Assembly: GCA_023247725.1 (NCBI GenBank)
Contig: JAHFFW010000003.1
Span: 704 to 64,703 of the forward strand
Direction: 5' to 3'
DNA length: 64,000 nucleotides
Source of the DNA: Candidatus Omnitrophota bacterium
Lineage (GTDB): Bacteria > Omnitrophota > Gorgyraeia > Zapsychrales > JAHFFX01
Positions within the stretch are counted from its first letter, which is position 1, and the number at the start of each line of letters is the position of its first letter. Position numbers and translations under genes: made by a program. Below are positions 30,322 to 40,540 of the stretch, in pieces. The notes beneath the pieces were generated by a model that ran no database searches, was not told where the DNA came from, and was given only the letters and a program-made list of their open reading frames with translations.

Positions 30322-31374
30322 ATGGCATCGTATAAAATCGCGGTCATTCCCGGCGACGGGACTGGCCCGGAAGTCATTGCCGAAGGCCTGAAAGTTCTGC
30401 AGGCTGTGGCCGAAAAGTGCGGATTCAAATATTCCACGGTGCGTTATGATTTCGGGGGCGAACGCTACTTGCGGACCAAGGAAATTCTGCCTGCCTCGGT
30501 CATCAAGGAATTTAAAACCTTCCACGCGATTTATCTGGGCGCCATTGGTCACCCGCAGGTTAAGCCCGGCATCCTGGAAAAAGGCATCCTATTAAAATTG
30601 CGCTTTGATTTGGATCAATACATTAATCTTCGTCCGGTCAAATTGTACGACGAGCGCTTTTGTCCGATCAAAAACAAAACTCCCAAGGACATTGACTTTG
30701 TCGTCATAAGGGAAAATTCCGAAGGCCTTTATAAAGGAATGGGAGAATTCAAAAATAAAGGAACCAAGCGCGAGGTGGCCATTCAGATTTCCTATAATAC
30801 CCGCAAAGGGATTGAACGCTGTCTACGCTATGCCTTTGAATATGCCCGAAAGCGGCCGCGCCAGCAATTGACGCTCTGCGGAAAAACCAATGTCTTAACT
30901 TATGCCTTTGATCTTTGGGAACGGGCTTTTCAGGAACTCAAAAAAGAGTATGCGGATGTCAAAACCGATTATGCCCACGTCGATGCAACGACCATGTGGT
31001 TTGTCAAAAATCCGGAATGGTTCGATGTGATCGTGACGGATAATATGTTCGGCGACATCATCACGGATTTGGGGGCCATGATTCAGGGAGGGATGGGGAT
31101 TGCGGCTGGCGGCAATATCAATCCCAAGGGGGTTTCGATGTTTGAACCGATTGGGGGATCCGCTCCCAAGTACACCGGTAAAAATATGATCAATCCCTTG
31201 GCCGCTATTTGTGCTTTAGGCATGCTTCTGGAACAAGTCGGAGAAACCCAAGCCGGGCAAATGGTGGAGAAGGCCGTGCAAACAGTGGCGCGAAATCATC
31301 TCAAGGATCTCGCCGCCGGACAGATGGGTTATTCAACAAGCGAAGTCGGGGATTTGGTGATGAAATCGTTGTAG
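30322..31374 (+). CDS. leuB: 3-isopropylmalate dehydrogenase
   Basis: [32 protein letters not shown]. Confidence 0.88.
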   Translation: MASYKIAVIPGDGTGPEVIAEGLKVLQAVAEKCGFKYSTVRYDFGGERYLRTKEILPASVIKEFKTFHAIYLGAIGHPQVKPGILEKGILLKLRFDLDQYINLRPVKLYDERFCPIKNKTPKDIDFVVIRENSEGLYKGMGEFKNKGTKREVAIQISYNTRKGIERCLRYAFEYARKRPRQQLTLCGKTNVLTYAFDLWERAFQELKKEYADVKTDYAHVDATTMWFVKNPEWFDVIVTDNMFGDIITDLGAMIQGGMGIAAGGNINPKGVSMFEPIGGSAPKYTGKNMINPLAAICALGMLLEQVGETQAGQMVEKAVQTVARNHLKDLAAGQMGYSTSEVGDLVMKSL

Positions 31375-31376
31375 CA

Positions 31377-31448
31377 CAGTGTAAAATGAAAAGTGTTAAG
31401 TGTCAGGTAATGGTATCAATTGACAACGAATGCCACTTAACACTTTAA
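31377..31448. repeat. AAGTGTT-family heptamer inverted repeat (empty)
   Basis: AAAGTGTTAAGTGTCA ... TGCCACTTAACACTTT; begins 2 nt after the leuB stop. Confidence 0.88.
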
Positions 31449-31458
31449 AAAAAACATT

Positions 31459-32472
31459 ATGAAAAAAATTAATAAAACCTACAACATCGCCGTCGTAGGA
31501 GTAGGGGCGGTCGGCGAAGCGATGCTGCGCGTGTTGCGCCAGCGGAAATTCCCGATTAATACACTGAGGATCTTTGCGCGCAGCGCCCGGACGATCAATG
31601 TCGATGGACAAGAATATTCCGTTGAGGAATTAACTCACGATTCGTTTCATGGGATCGATATCGCCCTTTTTGCTGGAACCGAAGGAGAAAAGGGGGCGGC
31701 GGTGACCTATGCGGCAAGTGCGATTAAGGCCGGGGCGGTCGTCATTGACAATGGCGCAGATTTTCGCATGAAAAAGGATGTTCCTCTCGTCGTACCGGAA
31801 GCAAATCCCGGCGATGTCAAAAACCATAAGGGCATCATTGCCAATCCCAACTGCTCGACGATCCAGATGGTCGTGGCGTTAGCCCCCATCAAAAAGAGAG
31901 CGGGACTCAAACGTGTTGTTGTTTCAACTTATCAGGCTGTTTCCGGTAGCGGCCGGGGAGGTATGGTTCAGATAGAAAAAGAATACCGCGCCTGGGCTGC
32001 CAATTCTTCCGAAAATATTCCCGTGGCCATGTCACAAACCATCCGGTTCAATATCTTCCCGCACATCGGAAGTTTTAATGCAGACGGTTCCACCACCGAA
32101 GAAATGAAAATGGTCCATGAAACCCGCAAAATCCTGCACGACAACAAAATCAAGATTTCTGCCACCACGGTGCGGGTCCCAGTTGTGAATGGCCATTCGG
32201 AAGCCGTTTACATCGAAACCACCAAGCCGATTTCTCCGGATTCGGTTCGATCCCTGCTCAAAAAATCTGCCGGGATCATTGTGATGGACGACCCTAAGAG
32301 CAATCTATACCCCATGCCCATCCACTGCGATGGCAAGGACGAAGTTTTTGTCGGGCGGATCCGGCGCGATGCATCAGTCAAAAACGGCTTATGGCTTTGG
32401 ATTGTCGCCGATAACTTGCGCAAAGGCGCCGCCACCAATGCCGTGCAGATTGCGGAATTGTTAATCAAATAG
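31459..32472 (+). CDS. asd: aspartate-semialdehyde dehydrogenase
   Basis: ANPNCST, STYQAVSGSG, RVPV..GHSE, DNLRKGAA.NAVQIAE. Confidence 0.97.
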   Translation: MKKINKTYNIAVVGVGAVGEAMLRVLRQRKFPINTLRIFARSARTINVDGQEYSVEELTHDSFHGIDIALFAGTEGEKGAAVTYAASAIKAGAVVIDNGADFRMKKDVPLVVPEANPGDVKNHKGIIANPNCSTIQMVVALAPIKKRAGLKRVVVSTYQAVSGSGRGGMVQIEKEYRAWAANSSENIPVAMSQTIRFNIFPHIGSFNADGSTTEEMKMVHETRKILHDNKIKISATTVRVPVVNGHSEAVYIETTKPISPDSVRSLLKKSAGIIVMDDPKSNLYPMPIHCDGKDEVFVGRIRRDASVKNGLWLWIVADNLRKGAATNAVQIAELLIK

Positions 32473-32557
32473 CGGATAGCGAATAGCGGACGAGACAATC
32501 TCAAAAACTTCTTGTCACAACTGACATCTCTGTCCGCTAACCGCTACACGCTGTCTC
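32468..32557. repeat. ATAGCG-family heptamer inverted repeat
   Basis: AATAGCG GATAGCG AATAGCG GAC ... GTC CGCTAAC CGCTACA CGCTGTC; the asd TAG lies inside the first unit. Confidence 0.85.
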
Positions 32558-32563
32558 TTTGCA

Positions 32564-33325
32564 ATGCAAAATTTCAAATTCACCATCGAATACGACGGGA
32601 CTAATTTTAACGGCTGGCAGATTCAGGAAAAATCCCAACGCACCGTCCAAGGAGAAATCCAGAAGGTCCTGGAAAAAATTTTCAAGAAAAAAATTCATGT
32701 TCATGGCTCAGGAAGAACCGACAGGGGCGTTCATGCCTTGGGCCAGGTGGCCCATTGCCAGATTGAAACTAATAAATCCACCTCCGAAATCCTTTTTGCC
32801 GTCAACGCCAACCTTCCACCCGATATCAGCATTGTCAAAGTTGAAGCCGTTGCCCATTCTTTCAATGCCCAGTACTCGGCCCTGAGCAAAACCTATCGTT
32901 ATACGATTCTGAACCGGCGGGTTCGTCAGCCTTTGTCACGATTCTTTATGTACCAATATCCTTATCGTCTCGATATCGCTGGGATGAAAAAGGCAGGTCG
33001 ATATTTGAGAGGAAAAAACGATTTTAAGGCCTTCACGTCCTTGGAATCGGCCCGGATCCAGGAAGGAAAAGCCCGAAGGACGATTAGAACCGTTTCAAAA
33101 CTTAGGATCAAGAAGTCGGGCCCCATGATTATGATTGAAATTAAGGCGGATGGGTTCCTCTATAAAATGGTCCGTAATATCATTGGCGCGTTACTGGAGG
33201 TGGGCAGCGGTCGAATGAAGGCCAGCGAGATGAAAGAGATCCTCGAAAAAAAAGACCGGGCTCATGCCGGCAAAGCTGCTCCCCCGTGGGGTCTATGCTT
33301 ACTCAAAGTCGATTATCCAAAATAA
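32564..33325 (+). CDS. truA: tRNA pseudouridine(38-40) synthase
   Basis: EYDGTNFNGWQ, GRTDRGVHA, FLYKMVRNI. Confidence 0.96.
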   Translation: MQNFKFTIEYDGTNFNGWQIQEKSQRTVQGEIQKVLEKIFKKKIHVHGSGRTDRGVHALGQVAHCQIETNKSTSEILFAVNANLPPDISIVKVEAVAHSFNAQYSALSKTYRYTILNRRVRQPLSRFFMYQYPYRLDIAGMKKAGRYLRGKNDFKAFTSLESARIQEGKARRTIRTVSKLRIKKSGPMIMIEIKADGFLYKMVRNIIGALLEVGSGRMKASEMKEILEKKDRAHAGKAAPPWGLCLLKVDYPK

Positions 33326-33381
33326 AATCACTCTAATTTTTCTTCTATCCGTAAAACAGCCGTCGCAGCCGGGAATAAGTG

Positions 33382-33409
33382 TTGACAATTTTTTTAAAGA
33401 TGTTATATT
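33382..33409 (+). promoter_or_regulatory. sigma70-type promoter for rplM-rpsI
   Basis: TTGACA-16 bp-TATATT with TGn. Confidence 0.6.
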
Positions 33410-33461
33410 TTTCAAGTTCATTTTTCCGTTGTCATTCCTAAAACTTTAGGGCAAAAATTTC

Positions 33462-33893
33462 ATGCAAAAGACTTATCTCGCAAAGCCGCATGAGGTCACG
33501 CGTCATTTTTATCTCATTGATGCGAACAATAAAATCCTGGGCCGCGTCGCCAGCAAGGCCGCGGCGATTTTAAGGGGGAAACATAAAGCCATTTTCACGC
33601 CCCATATTGATTGCGGCGATACCGTGATCATTATTAACGCGGATAAAATTCGCGTCACTGCTAAAAAACTGACCGATAAGCTTTACCAACGATATACCGG
33701 TTACCCGAGTGGTCGAAAGCTCACCGCCCTGGGAGATCTTCTGGCCAAGAAACCCACACAGGTTATGCGCTTGGCCGTCACGCGCATGCTGCCTCGTGGG
33801 CCTTTGGGATTTAAAATTCGTAAAAAGCTGAAGATTTATACGGGTGACAAGCACCCGCACCAGGCGCAAAAGCCCGTGACCTTAGCCATTTAA
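33462..33893 (+). CDS. rplM: 50S ribosomal protein L13
   Basis: LGRVAS...LRGKHK..FTPHIDCGD, HPHQAQ. Confidence 0.98.
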   Translation: MQKTYLAKPHEVTRHFYLIDANNKILGRVASKAAAILRGKHKAIFTPHIDCGDTVIIINADKIRVTAKKLTDKLYQRYTGYPSGRKLTALGDLLAKKPTQVMRLAVTRMLPRGPLGFKIRKKLKIYTGDKHPHQAQKPVTLAI

Positions 33894-33917
33894 AATTATT
33901 TTTGAAGGATTATACCG

Positions 33918-34313
33918 ATGATAGAAATCGTTAAATATGGAGCGACGGGCCGCCGAAAAAGTTCGGTTGCCCGAGTCACCTTGATTCCCGGCGAAGGAAA
34001 AATTTCCGTCAATGACCGTTCTTTTGAAGAATATTTTAAGCGAGAAACTGATCGGATCACCATCATGGAACCCTTGCGCCTGACCAACACCATCAATAAA
34101 TTTGACATTTTTGTGAGCATTTTCGGTGGGGGCTCAACCGGACAGGCCGGGGCTATGCGTTTGGGACTCTCGCGCGCCTTGGCATTGTGCGATACGGCCA
34201 ATAAAAGCGTTCTAAAAAAGGCTGATTGCCTGAGCCGCGACCCCAGAATGAAGGAAAGAAAAAAACCTGGTCAGAAGGGAGCAAGGAAAAAATTCCAATG
34301 GGTTAAGCGCTAA
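33918..34313 (+). CDS. rpsI: 30S ribosomal protein S9
   Basis: GRRKSSVARV, GGGSTGQAGA, RDPRMKERKK. Confidence 0.98.
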   Translation: MIEIVKYGATGRRKSSVARVTLIPGEGKISVNDRSFEEYFKRETDRITIMEPLRLTNTINKFDIFVSIFGGGSTGQAGAMRLGLSRALALCDTANKSVLKKADCLSRDPRMKERKKPGQKGARKKFQWVKR

Positions 34314-34363
34314 ATCAATCCAGTAGAAAATAACCATCGCAGGTCGGCCAAAAGGCCATTTCT

Positions 34364-34411
34364 AACCTATCTCCCTCGACAAAAGAGTTGACGAGATAGG
34401 TTTTTTATTTT
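34364..34411 (+). terminator. Rho-independent terminator after rpsI, overlapping a candidate promoter
   Basis: AACCTATCTC...GAGATAGGTT followed by a T-tract; TTGACG-17 bp-TAATAT at 34388-34416. Confidence 0.65.
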
Positions 34412-34439
34412 AATATACGTTATTCTTTTTTAAATTTTC

Positions 34440-34563
34440 AGTCGAGAAAATGCCCGTGACAAAAATGTGAGCCTAAGATTACCCCGCACTTTGCTTGAGG
34501 TTTTTTGAATATTTCCACAAAGGCGGGGTTGTTCTATCTATTGTGTCGACCGCATTTCTGGCT
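34440..34563 (+). ncRNA. candidate structured RNA (long rod-like hairpin) upstream of argC
   Basis: Nested pairings AGAAAATGC/GCATTTCT, TGACA/TGTCG, ACCCCGC/GCGGGGT and CTTTG/CAAAG. Confidence 0.4.
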
Positions 34564-34593
34564 TTTAAAAATTCCTTTTTTTAGGAGAAAATC

Positions 34594-35613
34594 ATGGTTC
34601 GGGTAGGAATTGTCGGGGTGAGCGGTTATTCCGGTGCCTTGCTGCTGGAGTTATTGCTGCATCATCCTCGGGTTCGGGTTACTTATGCCAGTGCACTCAA
34701 TACCACCGGCAAACTGGCGGATCTCTGGCCGCGAGTCGCCGGCCAGACGGAACTGCGCTGCGATATTTTTCAAGCAAAGCGAGCCATCGAACTGTGCGAT
34801 CTGATTTTGTTGGCGGTTCCGCACACGAACTCTTTGTCCATTACTCCGAAACTCCTTAAAGGAAATGTTCGGGTGATTGATTTGAGCGCAGATTATCGAC
34901 TAAAAAATAAATCCGATTACAAAACCTGGTATAACCTTGAGCATTCGGATCCGGCCAATTTGGCAAAAGCGGTTTATGGGCTTCCAGAATTGCATCGAGC
35001 CGATATCAAAAAATCCCGATTGGTCGCTAATCCGGGGTGTTACCCCACTGCGGCCATTCTGGGATTAGCTCCTTTGGTTTCCACTCAAGCGGAGGCAATC
35101 GATTCGATCACGATTGACGCCAAATCGGGTGTTTCCGGCGCAGGCAAAAAGATTGCCCCTGAGTTGATGTTTGTGGAGGTTAACGAAAACTTTAAGGCCT
35201 ATAAAGTCCTGCAGCATCAGCATACGCCGGAAATCGAGCGGCAGATCTCAAAACTTTGCGGATATGCGGTTACGGTGGCCTTCGTGCCGCATCTTTTGCC
35301 CATCAATAACGGAATTCTTTCGACCATCTATGTGCGTCTAAAAAAATCCGTTAGTTTGGAAAGTATCTACAATCTTTATAAAAAATTTTACAAAACCGAA
35401 CCCTTTGTACGGTTGCATCCATTGGGTCATCAACCGGAACTCAAACATGTGGGGGGAACCAATTATTGCGACGTGGGATTGGCGCAATCTTCTGACCAAA
35501 ACTTGTTGGTCGTGACCACGGTCATCGATAACCTGATGAAGGGTGCCAGCGGTCAAGCGATTCAGAATCTGAATATTATGTGCGGATTTAAAGAAGCAGA
35601 GGGTCTAAAATGA
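34594..35613 (+). CDS. argC: N-acetyl-gamma-glutamyl-phosphate reductase
   Basis: GVSGYSG, DLSADYRL, ANPGCYPT, SGVSGAG, DNLMKGASGQA. Confidence 0.97.
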   Translation: MVRVGIVGVSGYSGALLLELLLHHPRVRVTYASALNTTGKLADLWPRVAGQTELRCDIFQAKRAIELCDLILLAVPHTNSLSITPKLLKGNVRVIDLSADYRLKNKSDYKTWYNLEHSDPANLAKAVYGLPELHRADIKKSRLVANPGCYPTAAILGLAPLVSTQAEAIDSITIDAKSGVSGAGKKIAPELMFVEVNENFKAYKVLQHQHTPEIERQISKLCGYAVTVAFVPHLLPINNGILSTIYVRLKKSVSLESIYNLYKKFYKTEPFVRLHPLGHQPELKHVGGTNYCDVGLAQSSDQNLLVVTTVIDNLMKGASGQAIQNLNIMCGFKEAEGLK

Positions 35614-36749
35614 AACTGATTGAAGGGGGCGTCACCGCGGCAACAGGGTTTAAAGCCAACGGGCTTTCCTCAGGCATCAAGCGTTCGGGAAAATTGGATC
35701 TGGCCTTGATTGCCTGCGATCAACCGGCGGTATGCGCTGGTGTGTTTACTAAAAATTCCATTAAGGCCGCGCCCGTCGTGGTGAGCCAGCAAAAATTGCA
35801 CCGGCATCAGGCTCAGGCCATCCTGGTGAATAGCGGCAATGCCAACTGTTTTACCGGAAATTTTGGTTTATTGTATGCGCAAAAATCCACCGAATTGATC
35901 GCGGGTTTGCTCAACATCAGCGCGGACCATGTCTTGGTCGCTTCGACCGGCATCATCGGAAAGCCTTTACCTTACAAAAAGATTGAAAAGGCAGCGTCGC
36001 GTTTGGTTCAAGGATTGAGCAAACGAGGCGGGGCCCTGGCTGCACAAGCGATTTTGACCACGGATAAAAAAGTTAAGGAGATCGCGCTCCAAACAAAGAT
36101 CGGAGGAAGGACCGTCACGATCGGTGCCTGCGCCAAAGGCTCCGGGATGATTCAACCCAATATGGCGACCATGCTCGCCTTTATCACAACCGATGCCATG
36201 ATTCAACCTCAAGCCCTGGATCTGGCGCTTCATCGCGCCGTGGAAAAAACTTTTAATTGTATCAGCGTTGATGGGTGCATGAGCACCAATGACATGGTGA
36301 GTGTCCTGGCCAATGGTTTTGTCGGTCACACGCCCATCGCCGAGCCAAGCAAAGATTATGAAATCTTTTGTGCAGCCCTGGATTTCATTTGCTTGGATTT
36401 GGCCCACAAAATCGTTAAGGACGCAGAAGGCGCGACCAAATTTATTGAAATCACGATCGAAGGAGCAAAGGATGACGAGCAGGCCAAGGCGGTGGGGCTC
36501 GCCATTGCCAATTCCAATCTCGTTAAATGCGCCGCCTTTGGCAGTGATCCGAATTGGGGCCGGGTGGCCGCGGCGGTTGGATCTTTGGGACTCCATGTGT
36601 CGGAAAAGAGCCTTAAGATCGCATTCAGTTCCTTTAAAAAGCCCCATATCGATATCAAGGTTGATTTGAATCTCGGACGCCATCGGGCTGTCATTTACAC
36701 GGCGGATTTGTCAACGGAGTATGTAAAAATCAATGGACGATATAATTAA
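35610..36749 (+). CDS. argJ: ornithine acetyltransferase
   Basis: NSGNANCFTG, autocleavage motif KGSGMIQPNMATML, STNDMV, DPNWGR. Confidence 0.97.
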   Translation: MKLIEGGVTAATGFKANGLSSGIKRSGKLDLALIACDQPAVCAGVFTKNSIKAAPVVVSQQKLHRHQAQAILVNSGNANCFTGNFGLLYAQKSTELIAGLLNISADHVLVASTGIIGKPLPYKKIEKAASRLVQGLSKRGGALAAQAILTTDKKVKEIALQTKIGGRTVTIGACAKGSGMIQPNMATMLAFITTDAMIQPQALDLALHRAVEKTFNCISVDGCMSTNDMVSVLANGFVGHTPIAEPSKDYEIFCAALDFICLDLAHKIVKDAEGATKFIEITIEGAKDDEQAKAVGLAIANSNLVKCAAFGSDPNWGRVAAAVGSLGLHVSEKSLKIAFSSFKKPHIDIKVDLNLGRHRAVIYTADLSTEYVKINGRYN

Positions 36750-37587
36750 AAAGGCTGGCATTCTGGTTGAAGCCATTCCCTATATCCACGCCTTCCGGCG
36801 CAAGGTGTTTGTGATCAAGTACGGAGGCAGCATCCTGGATAATGCGGCCATCCGGAAAAATGTCCTGGAAGATATTGTCTTTTTTAGTTATGTCGGAATT
36901 CGAACCATCCTGGTCCATGGGGGTGGGCCGCAGATCAGCCGCCGCCTCAAAGAAAGCGGGCGAAAATCGGAATTTCACGAGGGCATTAGGGTGACCGACG
37001 AGCATACCCTGCAGGTGGTGAGCGAAGAATTGGATAAACTCAATAAGCAAATTGTCTCAGAGATCAAGGCCCTCAAGGGCGATGTGACTGGTCTCAAAGG
37101 GGATGAAAATCTCATTTATGTCGAAAAAAAACAAGCCGTGAAAGATCTGGGGTTCGTAGGGACAATCACCCGTATCCATCTGGATGTGATTGAGTCGCAT
37201 TTAAAACGAGGGCATATTACGGTCGTTTCTCCCATGGGTATCAGTAAGGACAAACAGCCCCACAACGTCAATGCCGACGAGGTCGCGAGCGCGATTGCCT
37301 GTTCCATGCAGGCGGAAAAATTTGTCTTATTAACCAATGTGACCGGGGTTTTAAGTAATCCGAATGATCCGGAATCCTTAATCTCGAGCCTGACCGTGGA
37401 GGAAGTCAACAACCTCATCAAAAAAAATGTCATCCAGTCGGGGATGATCCCGAAGGTCAATTCCTGCGTCGAGGCCCTGAATGGCGGTGTCCATAAAACT
37501 CACATCATTGATGCCCGCCTGAGCCACGCCCTACTTTTGGAAATTTTTACCGACCAGGGCGTGGGAACCCAGATCATCAAAGAATGA
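36733..37587 (+). CDS. argB: acetylglutamate kinase
   Basis: VIKYGG, VHGGGP, NVNAD, GMIPKV. Confidence 0.97.
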   Translation: MDDIIKKAGILVEAIPYIHAFRRKVFVIKYGGSILDNAAIRKNVLEDIVFFSYVGIRTILVHGGGPQISRRLKESGRKSEFHEGIRVTDEHTLQVVSEELDKLNKQIVSEIKALKGDVTGLKGDENLIYVEKKQAVKDLGFVGTITRIHLDVIESHLKRGHITVVSPMGISKDKQPHNVNADEVASAIACSMQAEKFVLLTNVTGVLSNPNDPESLISSLTVEEVNNLIKKNVIQSGMIPKVNSCVEALNGGVHKTHIIDARLSHALLLEIFTDQGVGTQIIKE

Positions 37588-38765
37588 AAAAACCAGAAAT
37601 CTTGGAAGCCTACGATGAGTTTATCCTTCCCATTTATTCCCGGATGCCGGGAATCTTTGTCAAGGGCAAGGGCATGGCCCTTTATGATATTGACGGAAAA
37701 AAATATTTGGACTTTTTTCCGGGATGGGGCGTCAATAACGTCGGGCATTGTCATCCGAAAGTCATGGCCGGCGTCCGCAATCAAATCGGGAAGCTCATTT
37801 TTATTCCGAATAATCTTTATCACCCGTTCGCACCAAAATTGGCCAAAGAGATCGTACGCTGGTCGTTTCCGGCCAAGGTTTTCTTCTGTAATAGTGGGAC
37901 AGAAGCCTGCGAAGCGGCCATCAAGTTCTCCCGGGTCTATGGCAAAGGTGAACGTTTTGAAATCATTTCGATGCACAATTCATTTCATGGCCGAACCCTC
38001 GGTGCGGTTTCTGCGACGGGACAAAAAAAATATCAGGATCCTTTTCATCCGCTGTTGCCAGGGTTTAAAACCATCGAATTCAATAACCTCGGGGCTCTTA
38101 AGAACGCCTTGACTGAGAAAACGATTGCCGTACTCCTGGAATTGGTGCAAGGAGAAGGTGGGGTTCATGTGGCTTCAAAAGAATACATTCAAGAAGTCCG
38201 CCGGATTTGCGATGAAAAAAATCTCCTTTTTATCTTGGATGAAGTTCAGACGGGCATGGGACGCACCGGTGAGATGTTTGCCTTCAAACATTTCGGGATC
38301 ACTCCCGATCTTATGATTCTGGCGAAATCTCTCGGCGGAGGATTGCCCATTGGGGCGCTGGTCGTTAAAAAAGAATTAAGCGATGTGCTAAAGCCAGGCA
38401 TGCACGCCTCGACCTTTGGCGGAAGCCCGTTGATTTGCCAGGCAAGCCTGGGGGCCTTTAAGGCCATTGTGACGGGTAAAATGTTGCAAAATGTGAAGGT
38501 GATGGGTCCTTATCTCATGAAGAAGGCGCAAATTCTCCAACAAAAATATCCTTTCATGGCCGCGGTTCGAGGGCTGGGATTGATGGTCGGAATTCAGCTC
38601 TCTATTGAGGGAAAGTCCATCGTCGAGGATTGTTTTGCCAGTGGGCTTATCATCAACTGTACTCAAGGCAATATCCTTCGGTTGATGCCGGCCCTGAACG
38701 TAACCCAGAAAGAGGTCAATAAGGCCATGGCCATTCTTGACCTGGCTTGTTCCAGAATAAAGTGA
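37584..38765 (+). CDS. argD: acetylornithine aminotransferase
   Basis: NSGTEA, FHGRT, DEVQTGMGRTG, AKSLGGG; operon position. Confidence 0.93.
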   Translation: MKKPEILEAYDEFILPIYSRMPGIFVKGKGMALYDIDGKKYLDFFPGWGVNNVGHCHPKVMAGVRNQIGKLIFIPNNLYHPFAPKLAKEIVRWSFPAKVFFCNSGTEACEAAIKFSRVYGKGERFEIISMHNSFHGRTLGAVSATGQKKYQDPFHPLLPGFKTIEFNNLGALKNALTEKTIAVLLELVQGEGGVHVASKEYIQEVRRICDEKNLLFILDEVQTGMGRTGEMFAFKHFGITPDLMILAKSLGGGLPIGALVVKKELSDVLKPGMHASTFGGSPLICQASLGAFKAIVTGKMLQNVKVMGPYLMKKAQILQQKYPFMAAVRGLGLMVGIQLSIEGKSIVEDCFASGLIINCTQGNILRLMPALNVTQKEVNKAMAILDLACSRIK

Positions 38766-38769
38766 GACG

Positions 38770-39684
38770 ATGAAACGCAATTTTGTCAATATTGAGGATT
38801 TTTCCGGTGAAGAGATTTTGCAACTTTTGGAATTGGCCAAAAAACTCAAGGCAAACCGGAAACTGCATTCGCAAGCCCTGGAGGGAAAAACCTTCGCCTT
38901 GTTGTTTACCAAGCCGTCGAATCGAACCCGGGTCTCTTTTGAAGTGGGCATCCACCAGTTGGGAGGAAACTGCATTTATTTAAGTCCTCGCGAGATCCAG
39001 TTAGGGGAGCGGGAATCTGTTTCTGATGTGGCAGGCACGTTGTCTCGCTTTGTCGACGGCATTGTGGCGCGGACCGACACCCACAAGGATGTCGAAGACC
39101 TGGCGCGTTTTTCCAGTGTCCCGGTCATTAATGGCCTGAGCGACGAACAGCATCCCTGTCAGGCCTTGGCGGATCTATTTTCCATTAAAGAAAAGCTTGG
39201 CAAATTGAAAGGGATCACGTTGGCCTTTGTCGGTGACGGCAATAACGTTTGCCATTCACTCATGCTGGGCTCTGCTCTGGTCGGTTTACAGATGAGGATC
39301 GCGACGCCCAAGGCGTACGCGCCGGATCCGAGCATTCTCAAAAAGTGCCAACAACTGGGGCAACGCTCGGGAGCGGAAATCGCTTGGATGGAATCGCCGG
39401 CTGAGGCCGTGAAGGACGCCCACGTGATTTATGCCGATACCTTCGTGAGCATGGGCCAAGAAGCAGAAATGAAAAAGCGGCTCAAAGACTTTAAGAAATT
39501 CCAAATTAACTCTGGGTTAGCCAAACTGGCAGACAAGAACTTTATTTTTATGCATTGTTTGCCGGCCCACCGCGGACAGGAAGTGACCGAAAAAATTATT
39601 GACGGGAAACATTCGATCATTTTTGATCAAGCGGAAAATCGGCTGCATGTGCAGAAGGCCATCCTGATTCGACTAATGCAATGA
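38770..39684 (+). CDS. argF: ornithine carbamoyltransferase
   Basis: SNRTRVSFE, HPCQ, SMGQE, HCLPA, QAENR. Confidence 0.96.
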   Translation: MKRNFVNIEDFSGEEILQLLELAKKLKANRKLHSQALEGKTFALLFTKPSNRTRVSFEVGIHQLGGNCIYLSPREIQLGERESVSDVAGTLSRFVDGIVARTDTHKDVEDLARFSSVPVINGLSDEQHPCQALADLFSIKEKLGKLKGITLAFVGDGNNVCHSLMLGSALVGLQMRIATPKAYAPDPSILKKCQQLGQRSGAEIAWMESPAEAVKDAHVIYADTFVSMGQEAEMKKRLKDFKKFQINSGLAKLADKNFIFMHCLPAHRGQEVTEKIIDGKHSIIFDQAENRLHVQKAILIRLMQ

Positions 39685-40094
39685 GCAAACCCCGCAAAAA
39701 TGAATTTTCCAAGGTGATTGCAACGAGAAGATTAATCGCCCAAAATATCCGAGGTCGAAAATCGGAGATCATGGTTAGAATTTCTAAACCAGTCTCAGAG
39801 AAACATTATTACCGATGTTGCTATACACTCGAAGGCCTGTCTAAAGAAATCGAGTCGGCTTGTGGAGAAGACGCCGTGCAAGCCCTTGAACTGGGGTTAA
39901 AGAAGATCGGTCGTGACCTTGATCACCTTCAAAAAGCTAAAAAGCTGAAGATCACTTGGTTGGGGATGCACCACAGTTTCCCGGAAGTAAAGATATCAAC
40001 AATTTTCCCCTCGAAAAAATTAAATCAATATCTCAAAAAGGTTGACCATCTTACGAAGCTCATAAAAGCGAACCGGTCAATACCGAAAATCTAG
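39681..40094 (+). CDS. hypothetical protein (DUF6968-like)
   Basis: IATRRL...VRI.KP....YRC.Y..EGL....GEDAVQALEL pattern. Confidence 0.55.
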   Translation: MSKPRKNEFSKVIATRRLIAQNIRGRKSEIMVRISKPVSEKHYYRCCYTLEGLSKEIESACGEDAVQALELGLKKIGRDLDHLQKAKKLKITWLGMHHSFPEVKISTIFPSKKLNQYLKKVDHLTKLIKANRSIPKI

Positions 40095-40125
40095 AAACAC
40101 GATGACTTTTTAGGATTTAAAAGGT

Positions 40126-40533
40126 ATGATCCCGGATAATCCGAGAGTCCCATCGGTTGGAGTTCAGATTTTTGGAATCCTTCAAGTCCTGCTGGGGATT
40201 CTAGGTATTTTTTCGCTTCTTGGAATCAAGGAGCGTGACTTGTTCGATCTGTTCATCATGGGGACCCTGGCTTTCAATATTTTCTTGGGATTCAAAATGC
40301 TTCAACTTAAACCTTACGCCAGAATCGCAACTCTGCGGTTGGTGTATTTTTTATTAACAATTTATCTTTTGGCTGTCTGGGGATTGGGATATTCCTTAAC
40401 CAATCATGACGGTTTCATTTGTTTGCTATTCACAGCTATTGGGGTCGTAATCGCCTCTCCCGTTATATTTTTTCTCAGACACCCCAAAGTAAGGGAACAA
40501 TTTACCGTACCAATAGATACCCAAAGGATGTGA
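40126..40533 (+). CDS. hypothetical 4-TM membrane protein
   Basis: Four hydrophobic segments and C-terminal FLRHPKVREQF. Confidence 0.7.
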   Translation: MIPDNPRVPSVGVQIFGILQVLLGILGIFSLLGIKERDLFDLFIMGTLAFNIFLGFKMLQLKPYARIATLRLVYFLLTIYLLAVWGLGYSLTNHDGFICLLFTAIGVVIASPVIFFLRHPKVREQFTVPIDTQRM

Positions 40534-40540
40534 GGGACCA

